From Candidatus Hydrogenedentota bacterium (GTDB lineage: Bacteria; Hydrogenedentota; Hydrogenedentia; Hydrogenedentales; SLHB01): a DNA stretch of 36,039 nucleotides. The stretch is from assembly GCA_029974275.1 (NCBI GenBank), contig JARKSN010000093.1:1-36039 (forward strand). The letters run 5' to 3'. The notes beneath the pieces were generated by a model that saw only the letters and a program-made list of their open reading frames with translations, did no database searches and was not told the origin of the DNA. Position numbers and translations under genes: made by a program. Below are positions 25,926 to 36,039 of this stretch, one piece after another (positions within the stretch are counted from its first letter, which is position 1; the number at the start of each line of letters is the position of its first letter).

Positions 25926-27875
25926 TCATCCCCTGATCCGCCGCAGCACGAATTCGGTCAAGCTTTGGGCAAGCTGTTCTTCCCCAAGAAAAACAACGCC
26001 CGTGTGCTCTGACCTCAGGAGCGTCGCCTCCATTTCGCTATGGGAACAGATGGCGATTTCGATGGATGGATTCAACCTCTTGGCCACTTCCGCCATCTGC
26101 CGCACCTTCATGACGTCCGGCGTGGTGATGACCAGCAGGGCGGCGCGTGCAACGTGCGCTTGCGCCAATGCCATGGCTGTGGATGCATCCCCATACACCG
26201 CGGGGACATCGCGTTCCCGAAGACGTTCTACGGTTTCCCGGTCCCGGTCTGCAACGACAAACGGTATCCCGCGCGCCCGCAACGCCTCGCAGATGCGGCG
26301 TCCGACGTGCCCATGGCCGACGACGACGACTTGCTTTGAGAGGTATTTTTCGTTGGTGGCCGATGGCAGCATGGACAGCGGATCTTCCAACGCTCCCACA
26401 GGTCTTCGCGGCGAGGCTTGTGCGGAAAGCAGCGTATCGCCCGCCTCCCGCAAAGCGGCGGGCTCTCCCAGCACCAACAGCGTATCGTAAGGTTCGATCC
26501 GCGTTTGGCCTCGTGGAACGACAAAGCCATCGCCCCGCCCGATGAGTAGAATCAGGGCGTCGTGAGGAAGGTCCAGATCGGCGATGGTCTTGCCCGCGGC
26601 GGCCATGTTGGGGAGAATCTCGATTTCCCGCGTTTCGCCTTGCATGTGTCCGCCGTGTTCGATTTCCATGGAGAATTTCGGGGGCGACGCCATGGGCTCG
26701 TCCACTTTCAGCCAGCGCGCGACCGGCATTAGCAGCGTGCCCTGCACCAGCACGGACGTCAATACGGTGAAAAAAACCACGTTGAAGATCATGTCCGAAT
26801 TTTTGTATCCGGCAATCAACGGAAACGTGGCCAGTACGATGGGAGCCGCGCCGCGCAGACCTGTCCAGGCGACCAATGCGCGCGCGCGCAGCGAAAACGA
26901 ACTGCCCCATAGCCCCAGCGCCACGGCGACGGGACGCGCGACCAGCATGAGGAATAACGCCACCAGGAGCGCCTCGAAGGTGACCGAGAGAAGCCGCGAA
27001 GGATACACCAGCAAGCCCAAGGCAAGAAACATGATGATCTGCATGAGCCAGGCAAGGCCGTCGTGAAATTTGCCCACATAGCGGCGATACGTGAAGTCGG
27101 TGGCGTTCAGAATGATCCCGCAAAGGTACACGGCGAGGAACCCGTTGCACTTGAAGTATTCCGAGGCCCCGAAGGTTAGCAGCACGACGCTCATGCTCAG
27201 CACTGGGTAAAGTCCCTCGTAGTCGAGCCGCACCCGGTTGAACAACAACGTGGCAAGTTTGCCCGTCGCCAAGCCGACGGCCGCGCCGCCCGCCATGTTC
27301 CATACAAACCAGGGGAGAACGGGCATCCACGAAAACCCGGGAAGCGTCAGCGCCTGCGTCATGCTCAACGTCAAAAATACGGCCACGGGATCGTTGCTTC
27401 CGGATTCCAGTTCGAGCAATGGCTTTAGGTTGCCCTTCAGTCCTACCCCGCGCCCGCGCAAGATGGAAAACACTGCCGCGGCATCGGTGGAAGAAATGAT
27501 GGCCCCGAGCAAAAGGCCTGTCAGCAGATTGAAACCAAGCGCTCCCCAGGCAAACAGCCCAACCAGTGCTGCTGTAATCACGACGCCTAGGGTGGAAAGG
27601 GTCACGCCGCGTCCAAGAACCGGCCGTATGATGCGCCAATTCGTATCCAGACCGCCCGCGAAAAGAATGAACGCCAACGCCAACGTGCCCACCAAATTCG
27701 CAACCTTGGCGTTGTCGAAATGGATGCCTCCTGGCCCTTCCGAGCCGGCCAGCATTCCGATTCCCAAAAAGACGATCAGCGCCGGAATGCCCAGCCGCCC
27801 GGACACCCGGCTCGCTAAAATGCTGACGAGCACGAGAAATCCCGTGATGAACAGAATGGCCGATGTCTCGATCAT
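25926..27875 (-). CDS. cvrA: K+/H+ antiporter (CvrA/NhaP2-like) with TrkA_C and an additional C-terminal TrkA_N domain
   Basis: GMLAGSEGPGGIHF, ISSTDAAAVFSIL, LELESGSNDP, WTGLRGAAPIVLATFP; RCK_C VVPRGQTRIEPYD; RCK_N VVVVGHGHVG..VYGDA. Confidence 0.85.
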   Translation of the reverse strand: MIETSAILFITGFLVLVSILASRVSGRLGIPALIVFLGIGMLAGSEGPGGIHFDNAKVANLVGTLALAFILFAGGLDTNWRIIRPVLGRGVTLSTLGVVITAALVGLFAWGALGFNLLTGLLLGAIISSTDAAAVFSILRGRGVGLKGNLKPLLELESGSNDPVAVFLTLSMTQALTLPGFSWMPVLPWFVWNMAGGAAVGLATGKLATLLFNRVRLDYEGLYPVLSMSVVLLTFGASEYFKCNGFLAVYLCGIILNATDFTYRRYVGKFHDGLAWLMQIIMFLALGLLVYPSRLLSVTFEALLVALFLMLVARPVAVALGLWGSSFSLRARALVAWTGLRGAAPIVLATFPLIAGYKNSDMIFNVVFFTVLTSVLVQGTLLMPVARWLKVDEPMASPPKFSMEIEHGGHMQGETREIEILPNMAAAGKTIADLDLPHDALILLIGRGDGFVVPRGQTRIEPYDTLLVLGEPAALREAGDTLLSAQASPRRPVGALEDPLSMLPSATNEKYLSKQVVVVGHGHVGRRICEALRARGIPFVVADRDRETVERLRERDVPAVYGDASTAMALAQAHVARAALLVITTPDVMKVRQMAEVAKRLNPSIEIAICSHSEMEATLLRSEHTGVVFLGEEQLAQSLTEFVLRRIRG

Positions 27876-27942
27876 CCGGAGAAGGGCCTTTCTCTGCGTT
27901 GCGTTTTCCGGACGCGCTCTATAGGTGACGCGAACTCGCCTC

Positions 27943-27971
27943 ATTATCGCCATTCTTCCCGCACATGGCAA
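27943..27971 (-). promoter_or_regulatory. Putative sigma70 promoter for the cvrA-like gene
   Basis: Minus strand TTGCCA-N17-GATAAT. Confidence 0.5.
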
Positions 27972-27993
27972 AACGCATTGCGCGTCGGCCAGC

Positions 27994-28022
27994 TTGACCT
28001 TGGCGAAGGCGTTGCGTACACT
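27994..28022 (+). promoter_or_regulatory. Putative sigma70 promoter for the MFS gene
   Basis: TTGACC-N17-TACACT, 9 nt before ATG 28032. Confidence 0.55.
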
Positions 28023-28031
28023 CCCGCGGCC

Positions 28032-29252
28032 ATGGGCAAGGAACACCTCAAACATTCGCTAGCGGCGTTTTTGCTGGATACGGCCGTCACCACCGGCATG
28101 ACCGCCATGCCGTTTTTCATTTATCGTCAGTTAGGCGGCGATTCGCAGACTTCCGGAACGATCGGAGGGCTTCAATCGGCTTGTTACGCCATCGTGTGCC
28201 TTGTTTCCTCGCCGTTCCTTAGCCGATCCCGAAACGGAATGGTCTGGGGAATCGCCGGCTGCCTATGGTTCATGGCAACGTTCCCGATGGCGCCTCTTGG
28301 CCGCAATCTCTATTGGTTCGGGGCGTTGTCTATTTTTTGCATGGCGGGCATGTCCCTGGTATGGCCCGCTTTGCAGGCGTGGATCGGCGCGGAGCCCGAT
28401 GTGAACCTGCGCGGGCGGCGGATGGGTGTCTTTAATTTGAGCTGGAACGCCGGTTTTGCCCTGGGGCCCATCATCGGCGGCGTTCTCTACGACGCACATT
28501 ACGCATGCCCGTTCGTCGCCGTGTTTGTCCTGACGGGGATCGCCACCCTGCTGATAAAGTCCTTGCCGCATGAGAAAGAACATTTTCGCGTCGCGGATCA
28601 GAGTCTTCTCGACGGGCGCGAAGCATACGATCGGAAAAGCGAGGCGCAGTTGTACGCCGCCTGGGTGGCGAATTTCGTCGGTTTCGGCATGGTCGCCGTG
28701 ATGCGGTCGGTGTTTCCCAAACGCGTGGAGGACCTTGCCGCGGCGGGGGCAATCACGATGTTTGGATCAGGGCAGCCCTTGGAATGGAACGCGCCGGCGA
28801 TCTTTTCCTCGTGCATGAGCGTTCTTTCCGTTGTGACCGCCGCGCTTCTCCTGGGGATGGGGTATTCGCGCTGGTGGCGTCACAAATTCTGGCTTCAATT
28901 TCTCGTTCAAGCAGGCGCCGCCATCGCTTTTTGGGGGCTTGGCATCACCCAAAGCCTCGCCGCAATGCTTGTATGCGCTGCCGTCGTGGGCCTTAACTGC
29001 GGCGTCTGTTTCGTTGCTAGCCAACAATACAGCGTGTCGCATCCAACCCGGAAACACGCGCGCGCCGCTATTCACGAAGGGGTCAATGGCGCGGGCGGTT
29101 TTATCGGCTCCATCGTGTTTGGGTATTTAGGCGGGAGCTTGGGCGTGACCTGGCCTTTTCTGTATACGCCCATCATTCTGACGCCGCTGATTGTTTTGCA
29201 GGGGCTGCTGCTCCTTTACGGCCGCCGTCGCGCGGGTCGCGCCGCCGAATGA
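28032..29252 (+). CDS. MFS transporter
   Basis: About 12 hydrophobic segments; RGRRMGVFNLSWNAGFALGPIIGGVL. Confidence 0.85.
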   Translation: MGKEHLKHSLAAFLLDTAVTTGMTAMPFFIYRQLGGDSQTSGTIGGLQSACYAIVCLVSSPFLSRSRNGMVWGIAGCLWFMATFPMAPLGRNLYWFGALSIFCMAGMSLVWPALQAWIGAEPDVNLRGRRMGVFNLSWNAGFALGPIIGGVLYDAHYACPFVAVFVLTGIATLLIKSLPHEKEHFRVADQSLLDGREAYDRKSEAQLYAAWVANFVGFGMVAVMRSVFPKRVEDLAAAGAITMFGSGQPLEWNAPAIFSSCMSVLSVVTAALLLGMGYSRWWRHKFWLQFLVQAGAAIAFWGLGITQSLAAMLVCAAVVGLNCGVCFVASQQYSVSHPTRKHARAAIHEGVNGAGGFIGSIVFGYLGGSLGVTWPFLYTPIILTPLIVLQGLLLLYGRRRAGRAAE

Positions 29253-29336
29253 AACCATGTTCTGACGCAACCGGCCCGATCCTTTTTCGCAAACGCGCTG
29301 CGCAAGCAACCCGCCATTCCATGCGGCGCAGCGATA

Positions 29337-31091
29337 TCACCGAATGGCGTGCGATCGAACGCGCTCGTAGGATATCCAGAACCTGCGGAGCCGATCTCGG
29401 ACACGGTCGTCGAGGTCTTCGCCGGCATAACTTGTGCGAACGAGCAATTCGGTGAGCTCCTTGGTCTCTTCATGGAGTGATCGAAGCTTGTCGGGAAGCG
29501 CGGCCGCGAATTCATACGGCGTTTGGGAAGGAAGGCGCGGCGCGCCCATGTCTGTGGCGAGAGCGCACAACGCGTCGTAGGCATAGGCAATCATATCGGC
29601 GTTGGACATGCTTGCGGCGCGTGAAACATCGCCCAGCGGATTCGTGTAGCGCGCCGATAGTGCGATGGCCCGTTGAACCTTGGGGCGCGGCTTGAGGCGG
29701 GGCAATGCGGGCAGCCGCAAGGCTTTTTGCAGCCCCCTGTCTATTTGTTTCAAAGCCGTTGTCATCCATTGCGGCAGATCGTTGCGGCTTCGGGCGGCCT
29801 TGGCTGCTTGTGCGCCCAGCCAGCGAAGCGCGGCATATGCCAACGTTATTCCGACGAACGCGAGCACGGCGTAGCCCAGATACCGCTGAAACGTTGTTTG
29901 CGAGAGAATCTCGGCGGGCGTCGCCACCAAGGAATGCAGCTTGGAGTTCGCAGAACCGAATCCGGCGTGTTGCGCGGCGATATAGGCAGGTTTGGGCAGG
30001 GACGGCATGGGGAGACGCGTCGCCCCTGCCATGACGACCACGACCATTGCCGCGCCCAAGCCGACCCAATACGGCGCGATGCCAGGCGGCATCTGCATCC
30101 GACGGCGGCGAAAGTATTGGCGCAATCCGCCCAGGCTTGTCAGCATCAGAAGCAAGAGGGCGCTGACGGTATACAGTCCCACGTACACATGGCCCACCAT
30201 GAGCATGGATTCGCCGCCGCTCAACAGGACGCGCTGCCCCAGAGAGAAAATAATCATCGCCGGTATGCTGAAATAGAAGATCGACATGCCGGGGTGACGC
30301 CTGGGGAGGCGGTCGGCCGCAGTGAGCCGTCCCTTTCGTTCGCTGAAATCACGGGACCAGTTCATGAGGTCCGATCGGTCTATGTTTTGCGGCCATGCGC
30401 TGGGCTTCGAAGCGGATTGCGACAGGTTCCGCGCGGCGCCGGTCAGAATGCCCAGGTCTCCGGCGTGGCGGTTTTCATCGACGCAACACTCATGCGTCAA
30501 CCGGTTCGTCAGCCACCAGATAAAAAAAGTCATGCTCAGATTTATCGTCATGCCCATCGCCGGAAAGCGGTTAAGGCTATTGGAAAACGATCCGGATCCG
30601 AAGAGTTGGGGCATGGCCAAGGTGAACAGCGCGACGACGCCCGCCAAACAAGCCGCGTAGAGAAACGACTCTTCCGTGCCGTCGCGCGCGATGAGGCGAT
30701 TCAGCGCAACAACGCCGAGGATGAACATCGTGGCGGCGATTCGGATGCTTGTATCGTTGACGGAGGCGTACTCGGACGTCTCCGTGAAAACATAGCGAGC
30801 GTCGAGCAGAAACCAGATGATCGAGGTCACCATGATGTAGATGAAGATGGGCGAAAGGGCCGCGATGACATTGTCGCCGAGCGTCATCCGGACAAAACGC
30901 GGCGCTTCGATCGGGATTTCTTTCCGGAGCGACTGGAAATCGGTGGAAATTTTCTCGATGCTCGCGCCTATTTCGCGCGGTTTCGGAGGTTCGTAGGCGA
31001 CAGGGGCGTCCACCTCTGCGGCTTTGAGCGACGCAAAGTCGGTGGCGAACTCGTTCGTCCGATCGTTCGGTCTGTCGTCTTCGGGCGTCAT
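29337..31091 (-). CDS. Membrane protein with C-terminal DUF4129 domain
   Basis: Multiple TM segments; YDALCALA..GAPRLPSQTPYEFAA..LTELLVRTSYAG. Confidence 0.75.
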   Translation of the reverse strand: MTPEDDRPNDRTNEFATDFASLKAAEVDAPVAYEPPKPREIGASIEKISTDFQSLRKEIPIEAPRFVRMTLGDNVIAALSPIFIYIMVTSIIWFLLDARYVFTETSEYASVNDTSIRIAATMFILGVVALNRLIARDGTEESFLYAACLAGVVALFTLAMPQLFGSGSFSNSLNRFPAMGMTINLSMTFFIWWLTNRLTHECCVDENRHAGDLGILTGAARNLSQSASKPSAWPQNIDRSDLMNWSRDFSERKGRLTAADRLPRRHPGMSIFYFSIPAMIIFSLGQRVLLSGGESMLMVGHVYVGLYTVSALLLLMLTSLGGLRQYFRRRRMQMPPGIAPYWVGLGAAMVVVVMAGATRLPMPSLPKPAYIAAQHAGFGSANSKLHSLVATPAEILSQTTFQRYLGYAVLAFVGITLAYAALRWLGAQAAKAARSRNDLPQWMTTALKQIDRGLQKALRLPALPRLKPRPKVQRAIALSARYTNPLGDVSRAASMSNADMIAYAYDALCALATDMGAPRLPSQTPYEFAAALPDKLRSLHEETKELTELLVRTSYAGEDLDDRVRDRLRRFWISYERVRSHAIR

Positions 31092-31118
31092 GGACGATGG
31101 CGTCTCCTCGTCGGCATG

Positions 31119-32408
31119 TCACTGTCCGATCCGTGCCGGCGATATTTCATGAAGTTGCCGTTCGTGCTCGATGTGAATCACATGGATGGCGTGCGCTGCG
31201 AGCAGGGCCGCCGCTTCGTCGTAATGCGCGGGATCGTTGATGAGAAAGACGGTGACGGCAAAGCCGGAATGCTTCATCTCCGCAAGCGTTAGCGCGAGCG
31301 CCTCGGAAATCTGCGGCACGATGGGCAAGAGGGCCGCATCGCGCGGCAAACGGCGGAACTCGTTCAAGATGAGTTGGCTTGCATCCAGCGAATGCCCCGG
31401 CAGCACGCGCGCCAGGTTTTCGGCAATCTGAACCGCCTGTGCGGAACTGCGCCGCGTCGGCACGCACAACGGACTCAACCGCGTCGCTTCGCGTTCGCCC
31501 GGCACGCTCTCTTCAGCGTCGAACCGCACCAGTGTCTCTTTTGATGGGACGTCGTATTGCGCCATCTCGGCGGCGTCGGCGGCATTGGTGATCATTCCTG
31601 CCTGTTCGCCGGACATTTGCAGCAAGTACGCGATGGAGGCGGCCGTCGTGATGGCCAATTCCATGCGCTCTTCCTTCTTTTCCGGCACATAACTGTCGTC
31701 GTGCAGGTCGAGAATCAGCGTTCCGCCGATCACGCTCGATGGCTGATACTGTTTCACGAAGAGGCTTCCCGTGCGCGCGCTGGCCTTCCAGTGAATTCTG
31801 CTGAGTGGATCGCCTGGCGCGTATTCACGAATATTCGAAATGCGCGAGGGGTCCTCGTAGATGCGGTTTGACAGGCGCACGGGGCCCTGCGGCCGCCGCG
31901 TGCTGAGATGAAACGTGCCGATATAGGCGATCGTCGGCAATACGCTGATGTAATCCTGCTGCTCGCCGGTCTTGAAGCGTCTTTGCAGGCCGAAGAGATC
32001 GCCCGATTCCATGAGCAACGGCCCGATGCGATGATAGCCGCGCCGCGGGCACCGTAGCGCGTAGTTGAGCGTCACGGAACGGCCCGGCATCAGCATGGTC
32101 AATTGTGCATTCAGACCCGTGCGCGGAAAGTCGGCGGGCGCGAAATCCTCGACGAATATCCACGGGATCGGCCAGCCGCGCGTGTTGCGCACGGTTACCT
32201 CGACGCAGACTTCGTCGCCTTGCTGCAAAATCGTCGCGCCGATTTTGCGTTCGCATTCAAGGCCCGATAGCCACGCACGCGACGAGAGATTGGCGATGAT
32301 CGCCAGAAGCAGGAAGGCGTACAGCGAGAAGGCCACGTACGGACTCTTTACGAGAAAGGACAAGGCGAGTATCGCCGTCGCTGCGATGAACCAGTGAATG
32401 TTTTTCAT
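31119..32408 (-). CDS. DUF58 domain protein (MoxR/VWA-associated)
   Basis: CPRRGYHRIGP..GDLFG; IREYAPGDPLSRIHWKASARTG..VKQY; ELAITTAAS. Confidence 0.9.
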   Translation of the reverse strand: MKNIHWFIAATAILALSFLVKSPYVAFSLYAFLLLAIIANLSSRAWLSGLECERKIGATILQQGDEVCVEVTVRNTRGWPIPWIFVEDFAPADFPRTGLNAQLTMLMPGRSVTLNYALRCPRRGYHRIGPLLMESGDLFGLQRRFKTGEQQDYISVLPTIAYIGTFHLSTRRPQGPVRLSNRIYEDPSRISNIREYAPGDPLSRIHWKASARTGSLFVKQYQPSSVIGGTLILDLHDDSYVPEKKEERMELAITTAASIAYLLQMSGEQAGMITNAADAAEMAQYDVPSKETLVRFDAEESVPGEREATRLSPLCVPTRRSSAQAVQIAENLARVLPGHSLDASQLILNEFRRLPRDAALLPIVPQISEALALTLAEMKHSGFAVTVFLINDPAHYDEAAALLAAHAIHVIHIEHERQLHEISPARIGQ

Positions 32409-32449
32409 TGTTTCGTCAACGTGAAACCATTCGGATCATTCCGCCGTTG

Positions 32450-33694
32450 CTACGGAAGCGGCAAGGGAACGCCTCCCGTGGACACGGCCACCTCGAATAT
32501 TTTGCCGCGACGGATGCGGCGAATCATGAAAGCGACATCGCCTTCTTTATGAATGGAATTGCGATTGGGCAACTTGCCGATGCGTTCGATCAGCCACGCG
32601 GATAGGCTTCCGTGCGCATGGGGAAGCTCCGCGCCGATGATGCTCCTCAACTGCGCCGCAGGGAAGCCGCCGCCGACCATCCAGGTGCCGCCGCTGAGCG
32701 CGTGGCACATCCTCGGCAACCGGTCGAACTCATCGTCCAACTCGCCGACCAGTTCCTCGACGATGTCCTCCAACGTGACAAGCCCCAGCGCCTGGTCGTC
32801 TTGGACGACGATCGCCATGTGGACGTGCTGCTCGATGAACACTCGGAGAAGCGCGGCGCTGGATTCCTCCGGGCCGACAAAGTGGACGGGCCGGATGATC
32901 CCGCGCAGGCTCGGATCGCCGGGGTTTGTGCGCACGCGATAGATGATTTCCTTGAAGTTGACGTATCCCAGCACGTTGCCGCGGTTATCGCCTTCGCAAA
33001 TTGGGAAACGCGTGTGCGGGTCCAGATGCGCCGTCAAAATCGCGTCGGTGATGGTTTGCGATGTTGACAGCATGGTGACTTGCTCCATGGGGATCATCAC
33101 TTCCTTGACGCAGGTCTCGCTCAGCCGGGACGCTTCGCGAATGATGCGTTCCTCGTGCTTGCCGATGAGGTTGCTGAGCCGCGCCATGCCGGCAAGCGCG
33201 GAGATTTCTTCCAGCGTCCGCGGCCCTTCTGCCGGGGGATGTCGGCCTTCGAAAATCCGGTTGACCGTGTGCACCAGATAGATTATGGGCGTCATGGCGC
33301 GCGCCAGCATTTCAAGCGGCATCGCCATGTAAAAGGCCAAACGGTGGTTGTACATGACCCCCAGCGTTTTCGGCAATATTTCGGTGAGTTGGAGCATCAG
33401 GTATGTGAATGCCAGCGAAAAAACCAGAAGCCATTCCTTGCCAAAGAGGCCTTCGAACTGCGCTCCTGCGACCGTCGCGCCAACGGTATGCGCCGCGGTG
33501 TTCAGAATCAAAATCGCGGCGATTGGTTTGGCGATGGCATTCTTGAAGGTCTGCCATCGGGCGCCGATTTTCGGATGGCGCATGGAAAGATCGGCCACCT
33601 GGCTCGGCGTCAGGCTCAGCAACGTCGCTTCGAACAGCGAACACACAAAGGAAACGCAGAGGGCAAAGGCAACGGCGGCGAAAAAGAGCAGCAT
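32450..33694 (-). CDS. CNNM/hemolysin family protein (DUF21 + CBS pair + CorC/HlyC-like)
   Basis: SFVCSLFEATLLS, AILILNTAAHTVGA, TEILPKTLG, HTRFPI, GLVTLEDIVEELVGELDDEFD. Confidence 0.88.
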   Translation of the reverse strand: MLLFFAAVAFALCVSFVCSLFEATLLSLTPSQVADLSMRHPKIGARWQTFKNAIAKPIAAILILNTAAHTVGATVAGAQFEGLFGKEWLLVFSLAFTYLMLQLTEILPKTLGVMYNHRLAFYMAMPLEMLARAMTPIIYLVHTVNRIFEGRHPPAEGPRTLEEISALAGMARLSNLIGKHEERIIREASRLSETCVKEVMIPMEQVTMLSTSQTITDAILTAHLDPHTRFPICEGDNRGNVLGYVNFKEIIYRVRTNPGDPSLRGIIRPVHFVGPEESSAALLRVFIEQHVHMAIVVQDDQALGLVTLEDIVEELVGELDDEFDRLPRMCHALSGGTWMVGGGFPAAQLRSIIGAELPHAHGSLSAWLIERIGKLPNRNSIHKEGDVAFMIRRIRRGKIFEVAVSTGGVPLPLP

Positions 33695-33874
33695 GAAGAA
33701 CCCTTTCCATTTTTGCGTGTCTGATGATACTACATTTTCCCGAAGGCGCGATGTCGTTCCTCGTTCCAACAGGACAATCGCGCCCAGTACTCGTGAAGGC
33801 CGGACGCCTTCAGCTCCGTGCATTGCTTGTCGGGAGGCGGTTCCCCATCGGCAAGAACGCGTGCGCCCCGTGGG

Positions 33875-34489
33875 CTATGTCTTGGTCCAGATCGCCGTGT
33901 CTTTGACGCCGTCGCTTGTCCAAATGAGCGGCCATGCGTTCAGTGCGGCCGCAACGGATGCCCAATGGAGGGTGGGCGGCTCCGCGTTAGGGCCGATCGC
34001 TTCGGGCGACCGTGAGGAACGGGGCAAATAGCGCTGGGCGTCGTCAAGAACCAGCATGCCGCCCGGTTTTAACTTGGGGATTGCAGCGAGGACGCAGCGA
34101 TCGCGAAGGACAGAGATCCCATCGACCAACACGATGTCCAGCGTCGCGTCCGGCGTTTCCGTGATTGGCGCAACGTAAGCGTCTGGATCGGGGAGCGTCA
34201 ATCGCAAGGCGACGTTGGTTGCGCCGGACCGTTCCAGCATGCGCGCGACACGGGCATGCCACTCCGGCGAATGCTCGATCGAGACGAGGCGCGCAAGACG
34301 ACGGGCGATCCAGATGGTGCTGCGTCCTGCGCCCCACTCAAAGCCTTCCATCGAAGGTTCGATCCTCGCATCCAATGCGCGCACGGCGTGCCGCGTCAAC
34401 CATGGGGCTTTGGGATGCAGGCAAGCGTAAGAAGTCGCCAGGGTTTTGTCCCCGAAATACCGGAGACTCCAATGACGGGGAAACCTCAT
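33875..34489 (-). CDS. Class I SAM-dependent methyltransferase
   Basis: PWL..FEWGAGRSTIW..SIEHSPEW..DIVLVDG..LKPGGMLVLDD. Confidence 0.8.
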   Translation of the reverse strand: MRFPRHWSLRYFGDKTLATSYACLHPKAPWLTRHAVRALDARIEPSMEGFEWGAGRSTIWIARRLARLVSIEHSPEWHARVARMLERSGATNVALRLTLPDPDAYVAPITETPDATLDIVLVDGISVLRDRCVLAAIPKLKPGGMLVLDDAQRYLPRSSRSPEAIGPNAEPPTLHWASVAAALNAWPLIWTSDGVKDTAIWTKT

Positions 34490-34932
34490 GCACTGTCCTC
34501 AAGACGATCCAGCAATGCCGTGGCGCGTTCTAGTACGGAGGCGATACGACGCGCCAGAGTTTTTTTGCCCGCTTCATGAGCCTCTTCTTGTGCGACTTGG
34601 AGCGTTTCGACAAGCGTCGCCACCTCTTCCCGCAAACAGTTCCGCCATTCCAAGTCGGTCGGAGCCCGCATGCGTAGCATGACCCGCGGCTTGGCGTTGC
34701 ATCCTGTCAAGGCCCATTCCCCTCCGGAATCGGACAACGCGTTTACCCACGGAGACTCCACCACGCGAAAAAGATCATGACCCTGTAAAAAGGCAAGCAA
34801 CTCGGTTTCCGTCAATGTCGACATGGCGGGATCGCGCTGGAGATACCGCAACAACACATCGATCGGCGTCAACGGATTGACAACTTCCTGCAGGTACGAC
34901 AAACATTTTTGTTCAATCGATTCGAGCATCAT
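34486..34932 (-). CDS. Hypothetical protein
   Basis: ATGA overlap with the methyltransferase gene; promoter-like sequence upstream. Confidence 0.6.
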   Translation of the reverse strand: MMLESIEQKCLSYLQEVVNPLTPIDVLLRYLQRDPAMSTLTETELLAFLQGHDLFRVVESPWVNALSDSGGEWALTGCNAKPRVMLRMRAPTDLEWRNCLREEVATLVETLQVAQEEAHEAGKKTLARRIASVLERATALLDRLEDSA

Positions 34933-34973
34933 GACTTTGATTCCGAATATTTCAAACACGGAACGAAGCGCCT

Positions 34974-35038
34974 ATTCTAGGACAGGGCAGCCGCCAAAGC
35001 AACGGTGACTTGAAACGCGCTTCGGCAATCGGTAGGCT
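34974..35038. promoter_or_regulatory. Back-to-back sigma70-like promoters
   Basis: Minus strand TTGCTT-N17-TAGAAT (35002-34974); plus strand TTGAAA-N17-TAGGCT (35010-35038). Confidence 0.5.
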
Positions 35039-35135
35039 TAGGAAGTTTATGCCGATGGGGAAAACTGCGCTTGGTCTGGCTTGGCCGGGCTGCGGCGCAT
35101 CCTGTCGCAATGGTGACGACGCCGAGGTGGTTTTC

Positions 35136-36039
35136 GTGAAAAAAGCCGTTCTTGCACTCGAAAATGGGACTGTATTCGAAGGACGCGCCGTAGGTGCGCA
35201 GGGAGAATCGTTCGGCGAGTTGGTGTTCAACACCAGCATGACGGGCTATCAGGAAATCCTGACGGACCCGTCGTATGCCGGGCAGATTGTTACGATGACG
35301 TATCCCCTGATCGGCAATTACGGCGTCAACAAGGAAGATGTTGAGTCGCGGAAACCGTTCGCCGCGGGCTTCGTGATGCGCGAGTGCTGTTTCGAACCGA
35401 GCAATTGGCGCTGCGAGAGCTCCCTGCCGGATTACCTTATTCAAAACAATATCGTTGGCATTGACGGCATCGATACACGCAAAATCACGAAAATGTTGCG
35501 CACGGAAGGCTCGAAAAAGTCCGTCATCAGTACGGTCGATTTTGACCATGCGCGCCTTGTCAAAAAAGCGCAGGACTCACCCGACATGGCCGGGAGCGAT
35601 TGGGTCAAGGCCGTTTCAGTAACGGAACCGTATGAGTGGAACCCGGAGAGTGATGCGCCGTTCCGCGTGGCGGCGTTCGATTATGGTATTAAGTACAACA
35701 TCCTACGTCTTCTCGCAGACGCGGGTTGTAAGGTGACGGTTTTCCCCGCGACAGCAACGGCGCAAGAAGCGTTGGCCATCAACCCCGATGGCATTTTCCT
35801 GTCAAATGGCCCGGGTGATCCGGCGGCGTTGCCGTACATCTACCCGACCGTGCAGGGCCTTTTCGGCAAGAAACCAATCTTCGGCATCTGTCTTGGACAC
35901 CAAATCCTCGGGCATGCCTTCGGCGGACGCACGTACAAGCTGAAGTTTGGCCATCGCGGCGGCAATCAGCCGGTCCTCAACCACGACACCGGCTGCGTCG
36001 AGATCAGCGCGCAAAACCACGGCTTCGCAGTCGATCCGG
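35136..36039 (+). CDS. carA: Carbamoyl-phosphate synthase small subunit (3'-truncated by window edge)
   Basis: [80 protein letters not shown]; absent from the ORF track because there is no stop in the window. Confidence 0.95.
   Translation, partial: MKKAVLALENGTVFEGRAVGAQGESFGELVFNTSMTGYQEILTDPSYAGQIVTMTYPLIGNYGVNKEDVESRKPFAAGFVMRECCFEPSNWRCESSLPDYLIQNNIVGIDGIDTRKITKMLRTEGSKKSVISTVDFDHARLVKKAQDSPDMAGSDWVKAVSVTEPYEWNPESDAPFRVAAFDYGIKYNILRLLADAGCKVTVFPATATAQEALAINPDGIFLSNGPGDPAALPYIYPTVQGLFGKKPIFGICLGHQILGHAFGGRTYKLKFGHRGGNQPVLNHDTGCVEISAQNHGFAVDP

Overview
GC-rich bacterial chromosomal window with about 27 genes. The dockerin/PKD/FGE surface proteins resemble those of Candidatus Hydrogenedentes (inference only). 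Most genes are housekeeping or accessory: nspC, a GGPP/FPP synthase, rseP, an aspartokinase, glgC, a cyclase, cmk, an alanine symporter, a cvrA-like antiporter, an MFS transporter, DUF4129/DUF58, a CNNM protein and a truncated carA. The standout is an apparently undescribed RiPP-like locus at about 17.3-23.9 kb. A strong sigma70 promoter precedes three tandem Cys-free peptides of 39-46 aa, two absent from the ORF track and one mis-started. They share an MKH[VIT][RK]x[IV][ST] leader like the SCIFF/CteA leader, an A|[ED] junction, an amphipathic core and a C-terminal F-x(2-3)-KK motif. After a terminator-like hairpin come two RimJ/RimL-type GNATs, a CPBP intramembrane protease, an ABC-2 exporter and a CteB/ScfB-like protein. 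That protein keeps its RRE and the four AuxII cysteines, has lost the radical-SAM CxxxCxxC motif, the GGE motif and all AuxI cysteines, and carries a fused C-terminal GNAT. Working hypothesis: a dead ranthipeptide maturase repurposed as a leader-binding scaffold for Lys or N-terminal acylation of secreted helical peptides. No rRNA, tRNA, CRISPR array or mobile element was recognised.
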